From the IMG/VR virus record IMGVR_UViG_3300029305_011823: 64,000 nucleotides of DNA; one strand, 5' to 3'. Positions 1-9,669 of the stretch are shown here, in pieces. The position numbers and the translations under genes were made by a program. Source of the DNA: a virus (lineage: Duplodnaviria > Caudoviricetes). Under the pieces are notes generated by a model. The model was not told where the DNA came from and searched no databases. It saw nothing but the letters and a program-made list of their open reading frames with translations. Numbering within the stretch: position 1 is the stretch's first letter; each line of letters opens with the position of its first letter.

Positions 1-1521
1 TAATTTATATAATGATTCTATACCTGTTATTATTCCTTGATCGAATAATGTTGAAACTGTTTCTATATTAAGATTTTCTATTCTCATTTTATTTATATAA
101 TTTACAACATTACCTATTATTCTAGAAGGACATTCTTCATTAACACATTTTAATAAAGGATCTTCTATTAACAAACTACCACAATGTTTACAATGAGTTG
201 GGACATAGAAACGTTTTCCTGTTTCATTTATTTTACATGTATGGTCTAAATCCATATACGGAATTATTTCATATCTTACTATTATTTCACTTCCTGATGT
301 AAGATGGTCCATACTTCTAAATCTATCTATAGAACCCATTGATATTGAACTTATAGTTTTACCTAACATTACTACTGGTTCTATTTTAGCTACTGGAGTT
401 ACATTACCTCCTAATCCGTATGAGAAATCTATATCTAATAAGATTGCTTTAGTTGCTTCTGCTGGGAATTTATATGCAACCTCATATCTATTTATTGCTC
501 CATCTCTACCTAACTTTTCTTGAAGTTTCTTGTTTGTTAAATGTAACACAACTCCATCAGTTACTTTACCATCAGCTTTTGCATGTTCGTTTATTTCCTT
601 AATACATTCTCTTATATTTCTTAAATCAAATAGATTTGAAATCATATCATAATTTTCATTAGGAATTATCTCAGGTTGTTTACCAACATATTGAATTCTT
701 AATGGTTCTACTGTAAGATATTTTGTTAACTTTGGTTGTAACACTTTTTCATTTAATATTGAAGATGTCGCAGATCTTGGTGATTTAAAATCTTTATATT
801 CTACAATAATTTTCTCATAATCTGCTTGGTTCATAAGAACTTCTGTTTGAACTGCAAACTTATCTTTACCATTTGCAAATATTTGGAAATCTACAAAATC
901 TTCAAATAATTTAACTATATCAACTGCTAGATTCTTTTCTGTATCCCCTCTCATTAATACATGTTCAACATTACCATTTTCATCACATTCAAATACTGCT
1001 GAACAACCATCCCATTTAGCTTGTAATCTTACTTCAAATTCTTCTGTGTTATTTATTCCTCTTCCTAATATATTTTCTATAGTTGTTATCCAATCTTCTA
1101 TACTTCTTCTTTTGTCTCCTTCTTTATCAACATTGAATACAAAATGAACTTTATTTAAAGTTCCTCTTAAATCTGGATAACGATGTTCTCTTACAGGTTT
1201 ACCTTGACTATTCACGGAACCTACAATATCTCCTAATCCTGCATCTAACATTATTTGATATAATTTATCATAAGTTGAATCTGATACTGGTGGAACAATG
1301 TCTGTGTTATTATAGATAAATTGTAATATCTCTACCAGTTTTCTACATGTGAATAAATCCATATCATCCATTTCTTTTGTACTATTAAAATATTCTACAA
1401 TTCCTTCAAAGTTTATCCCTTTTAACATTTCAACTATTTCATTTATAACATCACTATCCATTTTTAATAATTCTTTATGGATTGTATCTAATTGATGATA
1501 TATAGATATTTTCTTACTCAT
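1..1521 (-). CDS. ligA: NAD-dependent DNA ligase (3' end runs off window)
   Basis: Manual translation from ATG at 1521 (AGGAGG RBS): VSDSTYDKLY, adenylation motif AKWDG, DGVV, AYKFP, GNVTPVA OB-fold segment, zinc finger CKHC...C...C. Confidence 0.93.
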   Translation of the reverse strand, partial: MSKKISIYHQLDTIHKELLKMDSDVINEIVEMLKGINFEGIVEYFNSTKEMDDMDLFTCRKLVEILQFIYNNTDIVPPVSDSTYDKLYQIMLDAGLGDIVGSVNSQGKPVREHRYPDLRGTLNKVHFVFNVDKEGDKRRSIEDWITTIENILGRGINNTEEFEVRLQAKWDGCSAVFECDENGNVEHVLMRGDTEKNLAVDIVKLFEDFVDFQIFANGKDKFAVQTEVLMNQADYEKIIVEYKDFKSPRSATSSILNEKVLQPKLTKYLTVEPLRIQYVGKQPEIIPNENYDMISNLFDLRNIRECIKEINEHAKADGKVTDGVVLHLTNKKLQEKLGRDGAINRYEVAYKFPAEATKAILLDIDFSYGLGGNVTPVAKIEPVVMLGKTISSISMGSIDRFRSMDHLTSGSEIIVRYEIIPYMDLDHTCKINETGKRFYVPTHCKHCGSLLIEDPLLKCVNEECPSRIIGNVVNYINKMRIENLNIETVSTLFDQGIITGIESLYKL

Positions 1522-1591
1522 AATGTTACCTCCTAATTTTTAATTTATAATTAATTGTCACAGCCAAAATAAAAAGATAAGAGCTAAGCTC

Positions 1592-2293
1592 TTATCTTAA
1601 TCCTGCAAATAATGCTTTTAAATTTAAAGTTCCATTTTCATTTACACTTGTTCTAACAACATTCCAAGTTTTAAATGCATCAAATTCTTCTTCTTTAACT
1701 TCTGGTTGTTTTTCTTCTATAACTTCTTCTTGTTTAGGTTCTTCTGTTACTTTTGGTTCTTCTTGTTTAGGTTCTTCTTCATGATTAAATTCATTATTAT
1801 TAAGATTTAAATGTTCTGTTACATCATACTTACTTCCATTAACTTCTAAATCTTTTATTGTTTTACTTACAGCTTTAACACCTTCTTCTGGTAATGGAGC
1901 TTTTGCAAATGCTAATGCTTGTTCTACTGTATGAGGTATTAATAATCTTCTTACTATATAAGGTCTAACTGATTTTTCTTTAACGTTCATTACAGCTACT
2001 GTCATAGTTTCTGGATTTAAATTTAATAAATCATATTCTTTATGACCTCTGAATGTTAATTCTATAACTGCAGCAAATTTACTAAATCTATAAACTTTAT
2101 TAACTTCTAATCCATCTATTATGTCATAGTTTAATAATTTGTAAACTTTTATCCAGTTTTCAAATTTTCTAGCTTCTTTAAGAGTTAATCCTTTTATAGA
2201 TTCATGAAATTTAACTAATTCTTGTTCCATTAAATCATCACAATCAACTATTAATTCCTCATTATCTTTTAATACTAATTCAAATTTTTTCAT
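1592..2293 (-). CDS. hypothetical early protein with acidic EEPK-repeat linker
   Basis: ORF; GGAGG RBS before MKKFEL; preceded by early-type promoter motif. Confidence 0.7.
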   Translation of the reverse strand: MKKFELVLKDNEELIVDCDDLMEQELVKFHESIKGLTLKEARKFENWIKVYKLLNYDIIDGLEVNKVYRFSKFAAVIELTFRGHKEYDLLNLNPETMTVAVMNVKEKSVRPYIVRRLLIPHTVEQALAFAKAPLPEEGVKAVSKTIKDLEVNGSKYDVTEHLNLNNNEFNHEEEPKQEEPKVTEEPKQEEVIEEKQPEVKEEEFDAFKTWNVVRTSVNENGTLNLKALFAGLR

Positions 2294-2328
2294 AATTACT
2301 ACCTCCAAATATAATTTTTATTGTACTT

Positions 2329-2366
2329 CACTATTATAATATGGTATTGAAATTTCACGTTTTACA
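2329..2366 (-). promoter_or_regulatory. putative early (virion RNAP) promoter, representative of ~11 copies
   Basis: GTGTAA-N9-TTTCAATACCATATTATAATAGTG; near-identical motifs at ~6532, 14603, 17738, 20479, 28650, 30484, 34195, 34264, 44690 and a variant at ~5366, all intergenic and upstream of minus-strand genes. Confidence 0.7.
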
Positions 2367-2399
2367 CATCTGGAACATATAAATTAGAGCTATGAGGAT

Positions 2400-2957
2400 T
2401 TATTCCTCATAGCTCATCATGTTCAAACAGTTTAAAACTCTATCTAATATACTATCATAGTTATTTGTATTTACCACACCGTATGATTGTCTAGACATTA
2501 CTAATTCTTTTAAAGTTAAGTTATCTATTTCTTTAGATTGTTCTAAATCTTGTAATCTTCCTTCAGTTTTGTATTCGATTCCTTCTCTATTTAACATTAT
2601 GTTTAAATTATTAAATTTATTAAATGCTGTTCTAACTAATCTTTTTAAATCACTTCTAAATTCATCATCAGGTAAATATAATGAGGCATAAATATTAGTT
2701 AATAATATCGGTCTATCTGTAATAACTATATCAACTTTATCAATAACTCTAAATAATCTATGATGCTGTTTTGCGAAGATATATAATTCATCTTTCATGG
2801 TTTCTTGTCTTTGTTCATAAACTAAATCCTTAGCAAATTCAGAAACCATTTCAACATTATATCCTCTTGTTTTTAAATCAGCGAATAATCTAGCCATTGT
2901 AGTTGATTTACCACATCCTGGACCACCGAATAAATTTATAACTAATGCTTCTTTCAT
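2400..2957 (-). CDS. P-loop kinase/ATPase (AAA_28/NadR-like nucleotide kinase)
   Basis: INLFGGPGCGKST Walker A, EFAK, ITDRP motifs. Confidence 0.8.
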   Translation of the reverse strand: MKEALVINLFGGPGCGKSTTMARLFADLKTRGYNVEMVSEFAKDLVYEQRQETMKDELYIFAKQHHRLFRVIDKVDIVITDRPILLTNIYASLYLPDDEFRSDLKRLVRTAFNKFNNLNIMLNREGIEYKTEGRLQDLEQSKEIDNLTLKELVMSRQSYGVVNTNNYDSILDRVLNCLNMMSYEE

Positions 2958-2984
2958 AATTATTTACCTCCTTTAATTTTATGA

Positions 2985-2996
2985 TACATTATTGTT
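2985..2996 (-). promoter_or_regulatory. putative late (non-virion RNAP) promoter AACA-N6-TA, representative of ~22 copies
   Basis: AACAATAATGTA here; same spacing upstream of many genes on both strands (see findings); matches AR9 late promoter consensus. Confidence 0.75.
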
Positions 2997-3031
2997 ATAC
3001 CGTCTATAAAAAATGAACTATAGGATTTCTC

Positions 3032-5317
3032 CTATAGTTCAAAAGTTGTTTCTGATGCTTCTTTCATAAACTTGTCAAACAATTCTTTTTTCTTTTCTTC
3101 AAATTCTTCCATTGTTCCTATGAATATCTCTTCTTCAAAATGTTTCTCAACTTTATAATTGATTAGAAGTTCTTTATACTTCTCATCTGTAACTAAAACT
3201 TTCTCACCATCAGGTAATGTTCTTTCGTGTAAATCGTTGTCTATACAATCAAAGATAATTTCTTTAATTGTTTCAGATTGTTGTAATTTATATCCCATTG
3301 TTTTAAGATATGCATTAAATACTTCAATGTTTCTATTGATAACTTTATCATCATCTCTTAATTTATCAATCATACCTTGTTTTAATAATTGAACAGGTAG
3401 ATCATGAGTTCCTTCAATTGAGTTTCTATAACTCATACTCATCTTAGCTAGGTCATATGGATCCATTCCTATTAATAAGTTTAGAACCTCATCAAGACCT
3501 AATCTACAAGGAGTTTTACTATATAAGATTTTATTCTCTTTAGCTTGTGCATCTTTAACAGGAACCCCTATTAAATTCACTCCACCAACAGATCTTGTAC
3601 TTAAACCTTTAGATGCTGTTTGTTTTAATCTTATGATATACATTTCTCCTACTACTAAGTTATTCATAATTGGTCTATATCTTCCATTCTTTTTAATGAA
3701 TGCTTTATATGGAGTTAACCAATCATACTTTTGATAAATTTCTGTGATAACATCAAACAATGGTCTTTCATGCCAGAATGGTGGAATGTGTACATATATT
3801 CCATTCTTATAAACATCTTGAATGAAATCTTGTCTTCCATCCTTATCTAATTTAGCATACATCTCTCCCATTTCTTTTGCTTGTCTTGTATTAAAATGAC
3901 TTATCATTGTAAATATTACACTTGCTCTTTGATCATCAGTTTCTAATGTTTTAATTCTATCTATAGTTCTATTCATTATAAAGTTTATTGACTGTTCAAA
4001 TAATTGGAATGAATTAAGACGGTTGATAACACCTAAGCAGTTAAATAATACATCTACAACTTTTCCATTTTCTAATACTGGCATTTCATCATCTGGAACT
4101 ATCTTAGATATAACACCTTTATTACCAAATAACCCTGTTATCTTACTTCCTTCTTTTAATGGAACTTCTCTTTCAACTGTGAATTCTATTATGATATTAC
4201 TAAATGGTTTCTTTCCTTGTTGCTCACTCCATTTAACATTTTCATTTAGAATATCTTTACTTTTCTTATACATATAGTTGAAGTTTCTACTATGCTCTTT
4301 ATTATCCATTACTATATCTTGAGTTGCTTCAATCATTTCTTGATAATATCTTTGTTCATTTTTGAAATACTTATTAACTTGCTCATGATATTCATTTAAT
4401 CCCATTTCTTCTAACGTTTTATTAGAATATACTCTAATGTCTATTATCTTACCTCCATATCCATGTTCTATACATAGAACATCTTCTCCAAAGTTTATCT
4501 TTCTTAAATTTGTTTCTTTAAAATCGTAAAAGATTTGTTCATTGTTTATCCTTCTAGTTGCACATATTATTGCGTCATTTATATATTCTCCAACATCTGG
4601 AAAACATTTATAATTATTCTCATCACCATAAAGATTTAATAACACGTCGTTGTCATTTATTGACACTTTGATATTCTCAACTTCAACACATCTGAAACTA
4701 TCTGCAAATGATTCACTTACTAGAATAGCATCTTCTGTAGTTCTTACATCAGATGTATAACAGAATGTTGCATTAACTCCAAATCTATAATTGTTATATT
4801 CATCATATGAAGTTGATTTATATAATACTGAATCTTTTGGAATCAAATCTCCAACTTGATACTTATCTAATTCGTCTGTGTTATATCTGAATCCAAATTT
4901 TTCTGTTAAATCTTCTACTAATTTCTTTTGTATAACATCATAATATCCTGTAGCCTCATCTTTAACTACTAACGTATAAAGATGATTTCCTTCTTCAAAT
5001 TTATATATCTTATCAACTATTCTCCATTCTCTTTTAGCTTTTTGAATCCCTGTTGAATTCTTCCCTACCATGTTTTCATATTCTGTAAACACTTTAGGGA
5101 ATTGAGGATTGATTGGTGTCATAGCTTGTTTAAGATGTCCTGTTGTCATGATACCCCTGTTCCCAGAGATATAACCTATTCTTGTTAAAGCTGTCATACC
5201 AAAGATATCATCTTTACCGTAATACTTCTCTTCAAGTTCTTGAAGTTGTTCTTTTAAGAACGCATTATCACTATTAAATTTAACATTTACTTGTTCATTT
5301 TTCTTTTCTCTAGCCAT
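3032..5317 (-). CDS. multisubunit RNA polymerase beta C-terminal subunit (likely non-virion RNAP)
   Basis: SGNRGIMTTGHLKQA (region D-like), EDAILVSE, GSKITGLFGNKGVISKI (region H), VDVLFN, GEMYIIRLKQ (region I); lacks the N-terminal half of beta; start refined to MAREKK by RBS spacing. Confidence 0.9.
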   Translation of the reverse strand: MAREKKNEQVNVKFNSDNAFLKEQLQELEEKYYGKDDIFGMTALTRIGYISGNRGIMTTGHLKQAMTPINPQFPKVFTEYENMVGKNSTGIQKAKREWRIVDKIYKFEEGNHLYTLVVKDEATGYYDVIQKKLVEDLTEKFGFRYNTDELDKYQVGDLIPKDSVLYKSTSYDEYNNYRFGVNATFCYTSDVRTTEDAILVSESFADSFRCVEVENIKVSINDNDVLLNLYGDENNYKCFPDVGEYINDAIICATRRINNEQIFYDFKETNLRKINFGEDVLCIEHGYGGKIIDIRVYSNKTLEEMGLNEYHEQVNKYFKNEQRYYQEMIEATQDIVMDNKEHSRNFNYMYKKSKDILNENVKWSEQQGKKPFSNIIIEFTVEREVPLKEGSKITGLFGNKGVISKIVPDDEMPVLENGKVVDVLFNCLGVINRLNSFQLFEQSINFIMNRTIDRIKTLETDDQRASVIFTMISHFNTRQAKEMGEMYAKLDKDGRQDFIQDVYKNGIYVHIPPFWHERPLFDVITEIYQKYDWLTPYKAFIKKNGRYRPIMNNLVVGEMYIIRLKQTASKGLSTRSVGGVNLIGVPVKDAQAKENKILYSKTPCRLGLDEVLNLLIGMDPYDLAKMSMSYRNSIEGTHDLPVQLLKQGMIDKLRDDDKVINRNIEVFNAYLKTMGYKLQQSETIKEIIFDCIDNDLHERTLPDGEKVLVTDEKYKELLINYKVEKHFEEEIFIGTMEEFEEKKKELFDKFMKEASETTFEL

Positions 5318-5481
5318 ATACATTACCTCCCTAATAATTATAAATTTTTCCACAATTTTCACATTTGTAATATGATATGAATCTACATCTACCTTCTTCA
5401 TTAGAAATTTCTTCAATTTCTTCTAATTGACTTTCACATTCTTCACAACAAAGATAAACTGATTGATCCATATCTATCATA

Positions 5482-5835
5482 TTAAGCCTCCTCGATTTCT
5501 AATTCAAATACTGTAAATATATAATCATCTGGATCTGGATAAGTTATTGCTCCTAACGCTTCCCAATCTTTTGGATCTCCACAATAGCATCCTACTGGTC
5601 CTGCTAAACCTGTTAATTTCTTTCCTGGGAACATAGATTTTAATATATTAACAGCTCCTTCAAAAAGTTTGAAATCTCTAAGATGATAAGCAATTGATAA
5701 TACTCTAACATATACTTCATCGCCTTCTTCTATATAATCAACTGCACCAATTTCTTCACCATCTAATAATATGCTATATACTTCCCCAAGCCATTCATCG
5801 TAATATCTTTCTCCAAATTTTATATTCATACACAC
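5482..5835 (-). CDS. GNAT-fold acetyltransferase paralog (degenerate AcCoA motif)
   Basis: Aligns with the two neighbouring ORFs (IGAVDY, ITG, W..LGA, DDY..T.F). Confidence 0.55.
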   Translation of the reverse strand: MCMNIKFGERYYDEWLGEVYSILLDGEEIGAVDYIEEGDEVYVRVLSIAYHLRDFKLFEGAVNILKSMFPGKKLTGLAGPVGCYCGDPKDWEALGAITYPDPDDYIFTVFELEIEEA

Positions 5836-5841
5836 AACCTC

Positions 5842-6162
5842 CTAATAATTTTTTAATATAAATGGTGTTAATATTACATCATCATTATCAAATGCGTCAT
5901 AGAATTGTACATTCATTGATTTCCAAAACTCAATTGCTTCTGGTAATGCGTCACCAGTTATTGGTACATTTTCTTTCTTTAATTCATTAATAACTCTTGT
6001 AGCTATACCCATACGCCTATATTCTTTATGAATCTTTATATACTTTATCTCTATCTCATCTCCATAATCTATATATTCTAATACACCAACTACGTCGTCA
6101 TTCAAATAAATATAATACCTATCTTTAACTGTATTGGTTAATATTAGTTTAATCATATACAA
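5842..6162 (-). CDS. GNAT family N-acetyltransferase
   Basis: YRRMGIA AcCoA motif, AIEFWKSM. Confidence 0.8.
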   Translation of the reverse strand: MYMIKLILTNTVKDRYYIYLNDDVVGVLEYIDYGDEIEIKYIKIHKEYRRMGIATRVINELKKENVPITGDALPEAIEFWKSMNVQFYDAFDNDDVILTPFILKNY

Positions 6163-6166
6163 CCTC

Positions 6167-6502
6167 CTAGAATTCTATTATAAATGGTGTACAATAATCA
6201 TCATCTGGATCTTCATAAAATTCTGCTCCCATGCTTTCCCAAAACTTAATAGCACCTGGTAATGAATCACCAGTTATATACTTACCTTTATGATTTTCTT
6301 TAAATCTGTTTATAACTTTAGAAGCTAAACCTTTTCTTCTATATTCATCACCTATCTTAATATAACAAATATGAATTTTCTCACCTCTTATATAATAATC
6401 TATTATACCTACAGGTGTATCGTTATAAGTTATAACTCTAGTTCCTGGAGTTGCTACTCCAAATAATTTTATAGCATTATCATCATATATTATATCTATC
6501 AT
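6167..6502 (-). CDS. GNAT family N-acetyltransferase
   Basis: YRRKGLAS motif, AIKFWESMG. Confidence 0.8.
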   Translation of the reverse strand: MIDIIYDDNAIKLFGVATPGTRVITYNDTPVGIIDYYIRGEKIHICYIKIGDEYRRKGLASKVINRFKENHKGKYITGDSLPGAIKFWESMGAEFYEDPDDDYCTPFIIEF

Positions 6503-6599
6503 AACTCAACCTCCAAATTTATTTTATTCACAAATATAATATATAATTGAAATAATACCTTTTTACACTATAAAAAGACGGATGAAATTAATCATCCGT

Positions 6600-7895
6600 C
6601 TAGTCTTCATTCACAAGTTTCATTAATGCGTCATTATTTATCCCCTCGTTATTTTCCATCATTTCTTTTTCTTCATCTTTATTAACTCTTGATAATAAAG
6701 CTTCTAAATGTGGATATACCCATTTATCAAATGCCGCTCTAACTTCTTCTCTATTCCGATATTCATTTACTATATCCTTTTCATTAAATTTAACACTATC
6801 ATCATCCCCAAGATATCTAGCTGCTACCCTAGCTCCATTTATTAATCCTAAATCTCTTGCATACTCTAATAATGATCTTTCCATACTAAATCCATGATCT
6901 TGATCATATATCATTGGAACTTTTGCTCCAGATATATTTGTTCTAGATTTTATTATCTCTGCATTTATTCTAAATCCTGAATATCCATCTTCTTCTACCG
7001 TACATTTAGAACTTCCCACTGCAACATGTTTTATTAATGTGTTAGCAAAATATATTGGAGCATTTCCTCCAGGCAAACTTTCATCTTGCTTTAGATATAA
7101 AACTTGTGCTTGTGATTTTGCAAATGGATTTATTTCTATCTTTTGATTTATATGGTTAATACTTATTATAGTTATATTAAACTCTTTTATTATAGGTATT
7201 AATCTACTAAAGAATTGCTTTAATGCTCTTGCAACCCTCATTGCATATGTTTGACCTTCTATTTCTTGGTCTTCAACATAATAATCTTCTTGACCTGAAC
7301 CTTTCTTAGCTTTAACTTTCTTTTGATCTGGTCTTGTAGCCAATACCGGTATCGAATCTATTATAAAGACAGTTGGTTCATATAATGTTATTGGTTGACC
7401 AAACTCATCTTTAAAATCAGTTGTATACTGATAAAGTTTTTTATTCTTTTGCTTTTCATTTGCTATATCCATAATCGTATCAAATATATCTTCAATATAT
7501 GAACGTGAAGATTTTAATACATAATGGTCCATATATTCTGCATTTGTTAATCCTGTTACATTCATAACCCTTGTTGGGTTTAATGCTTGTTCTAAATCAT
7601 AATGTAAAACGAAACTTGATTTATGATTTTTAACTATTTCAGCTCCCATTTTACATGCTATCGCTGTTTTAGCAGTTCCTGATTTTCCTATGATAGTTAT
7701 AAAACTACCACCAACTAAACCAAGACAATCATGTGTCCCAGTTACTGCTCCATTACTATCTTTAGATACTAATGTATATCCTAATTGATAATCTAATGTT
7801 GGTATCCCTGTTGGATAACATACCATTGCTGGTGATGCATTAAATAAACCTTCTTTATCATTCTCTCTTAACGCACTTAATAAAGGATTTGCCAT
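6600..7895 (-). CDS. RecA/UvsX-like recombinase
   Basis: TGIPTLD, GKSGTAKT Walker A, DLEQA, IIDS Walker B, INH, PGGNAPIYFA, IKSR. Confidence 0.85.
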   Translation of the reverse strand: MANPLLSALRENDKEGLFNASPAMVCYPTGIPTLDYQLGYTLVSKDSNGAVTGTHDCLGLVGGSFITIIGKSGTAKTAIACKMGAEIVKNHKSSFVLHYDLEQALNPTRVMNVTGLTNAEYMDHYVLKSSRSYIEDIFDTIMDIANEKQKNKKLYQYTTDFKDEFGQPITLYEPTVFIIDSIPVLATRPDQKKVKAKKGSGQEDYYVEDQEIEGQTYAMRVARALKQFFSRLIPIIKEFNITIISINHINQKIEINPFAKSQAQVLYLKQDESLPGGNAPIYFANTLIKHVAVGSSKCTVEEDGYSGFRINAEIIKSRTNISGAKVPMIYDQDHGFSMERSLLEYARDLGLINGARVAARYLGDDDSVKFNEKDIVNEYRNREEVRAAFDKWVYPHLEALLSRVNKDEEKEMMENNEGINNDALMKLVNED

Positions 7896-7987
7896 AATTA
7901 ATTACCTCCTTATATTTTTTATTATAAATATAATTAGTTGTTATTAAACAAATAAAAAGTTAATAAGGATTATATCCTTATTAACAA

Positions 7988-8164
7988 TTATACTAATAAT
8001 AAATAAAATACAACGTAAAATGTTATTATTATAAATGAAATTATAGTTGTTGCTATTTTTTTATCTTGAATACTTTTAATGAATGCATAAACTGTTAATC
8101 CAGCACCTATAATATATAATATTACAAATATAATTAATAATATTAAAATATTTACAGGAATCAT
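7988..8164 (-). CDS. small 2-TM membrane protein (58 aa)
   Basis: Manual ORF MIPVNIL...; GGAGG RBS, overlaps stop of upstream gene. Confidence 0.6.
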   Translation of the reverse strand: MIPVNILILLIIFVILYIIGAGLTVYAFIKSIQDKKIATTIISFIIITFYVVFYLLLV

Positions 8165-8898
8165 TTAGATACCTCCTTTGTAGTTATAATAGGTTCATAT
8201 TTACTATTTACTCTTCCAACAACCCAATGTTGAAATATAGTTACTATAATATAACCTAATACAACTGCTAAATAACAAAACTGAATTGGAATATTTATAC
8301 CTAAATTTATTAAATGTAATGGCATTCTAGTTGTCGATGTATAATTTGTGCCGAATATAAAATTAATTATTGTATTAATCGTTAACAAAATAGTTGTTAT
8401 TATACAACACATTTTTACATCCTCTCTAGTTGAACCAATCTTTTTGACAAACAGATAGTTGCCTGATATTAACATAATATATACGTGTAATAATACAGTT
8501 GTTATTTGTAATATATGCGGGAAAGGATATTTAAATATTGTAGGGAATATTAACCCTGCTATACCCCCATAAAATCCCCAATAACTACCTAATTTTAGAC
8601 AAAACTTATTATTACAAAATATGCCTATTGTAAATAAATACAACACTATTCTACATGTATACAGAGGTAATCCTTTTAGAAACAAACTCTCAGGTCCTAT
8701 TATATACCAACCATATAATATAATTTGTAATCCTAATATAAATAAAGTTGATATTTTTTCAATAAAAATATTTTGTTTTTGATATTTAACCATCCAATTT
8801 AAAAAGGTAAAACTTCCGACCAATAAACATATGTGCCATAATCCTAATAAATGTAGACCGCTTTCGGATTGAATTGTAGCAAACATAACTCTCATCAT
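8161..8898 (-). CDS. YwaF/TMEM164-like integral membrane protein
   Basis: Multiple TM segments, LPLYTC, FPHI...LH, NY motifs. Confidence 0.7.
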   Translation of the reverse strand: MMRVMFATIQSESGLHLLGLWHICLLVGSFTFLNWMVKYQKQNIFIEKISTLFILGLQIILYGWYIIGPESLFLKGLPLYTCRIVLYLFTIGIFCNNKFCLKLGSYWGFYGGIAGLIFPTIFKYPFPHILQITTVLLHVYIMLISGNYLFVKKIGSTREDVKMCCIITTILLTINTIINFIFGTNYTSTTRMPLHLINLGINIPIQFCYLAVVLGYIIVTIFQHWVVGRVNSKYEPIITTKEVSK

Positions 8899-8951
8899 AA
8901 ATATTACCTCCCTTATTTTTTATATTTATTTGTTATATTATTTATTATTTT

Positions 8952-9371
8952 CTATCTATCTCTTACTGTGCAGAATATATAAACTCTCATAACTTCTAAT
9001 AAAGCTAATTTATCATTTATATATCTTATCAATTCATAATCATCATTATCATCACACATTTTAGTTGCATCGTGTATCATTATAACTACAGGATCATAAT
9101 AAATACCTTTAGAATAGAAATCGTGATATATAACATAAAGTTGTTCCTCTAATTCTTCTAGTGTATAATCATTATATTCTGAATAAGATGTATAATTTAT
9201 AGGATAAGTTAAATCATCTATTGTTATTTTACTATAACTACCTGTAAGGTTAATATAGGTTAATATTATACCATCTTCATTCTCAAGTCCTATATCGTAG
9301 GCTTTATTGAATAATTCTACTAAAACAGTACCTTCATCATCTTCGCAAAAGTATGAAATTGTAGCATTCAT
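8952..9371 (-). CDS. hypothetical protein
   Basis: ORF with GGAGG RBS. Confidence 0.6.
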   Translation of the reverse strand: MNATISYFCEDDEGTVLVELFNKAYDIGLENEDGIILTYINLTGSYSKITIDDLTYPINYTSYSEYNDYTLEELEEQLYVIYHDFYSKGIYYDPVVIMIHDATKMCDDNDDYELIRYINDKLALLEVMRVYIFCTVRDR

Positions 9372-9431
9372 TAGTAAATTAATACCTCCTATGAATTAAA
9401 AATGTATAAGGAAGTTTCCTTCCTTATACAA

Positions 9432-9653
9432 TTAATATCTCCAAACTATTCTTCCTGTTGTTAAATCATAAACAGAAATTTCAAAATCTACCTTATCATT
9501 TTCAACTATAGCTATTTTATTTTGTCTTAGTTTACCTGATAAAGAACAAGTTGCTGTAACTTCAACTTCATCAGCTTTCACTATAAATTTTGCTCCTGGT
9601 AAGCATTTTATAACCGTACCTTTTAATTTCATTATATCTTTACTTTTTGCCAT
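9432..9653 (-). CDS. infA: translation initiation factor IF-1
   Basis: MAKSKDIMKLKGTV..LPGAKF..SGKLRQNKI..D.V..E.S.YDLT.GRIVWR. Confidence 0.93.
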   Translation of the reverse strand: MAKSKDIMKLKGTVIKCLPGAKFIVKADEVEVTATCSLSGKLRQNKIAIVENDKVDFEISVYDLTTGRIVWRY

Positions 9654-9669
9654 TCTCTAACTCCTTTTT

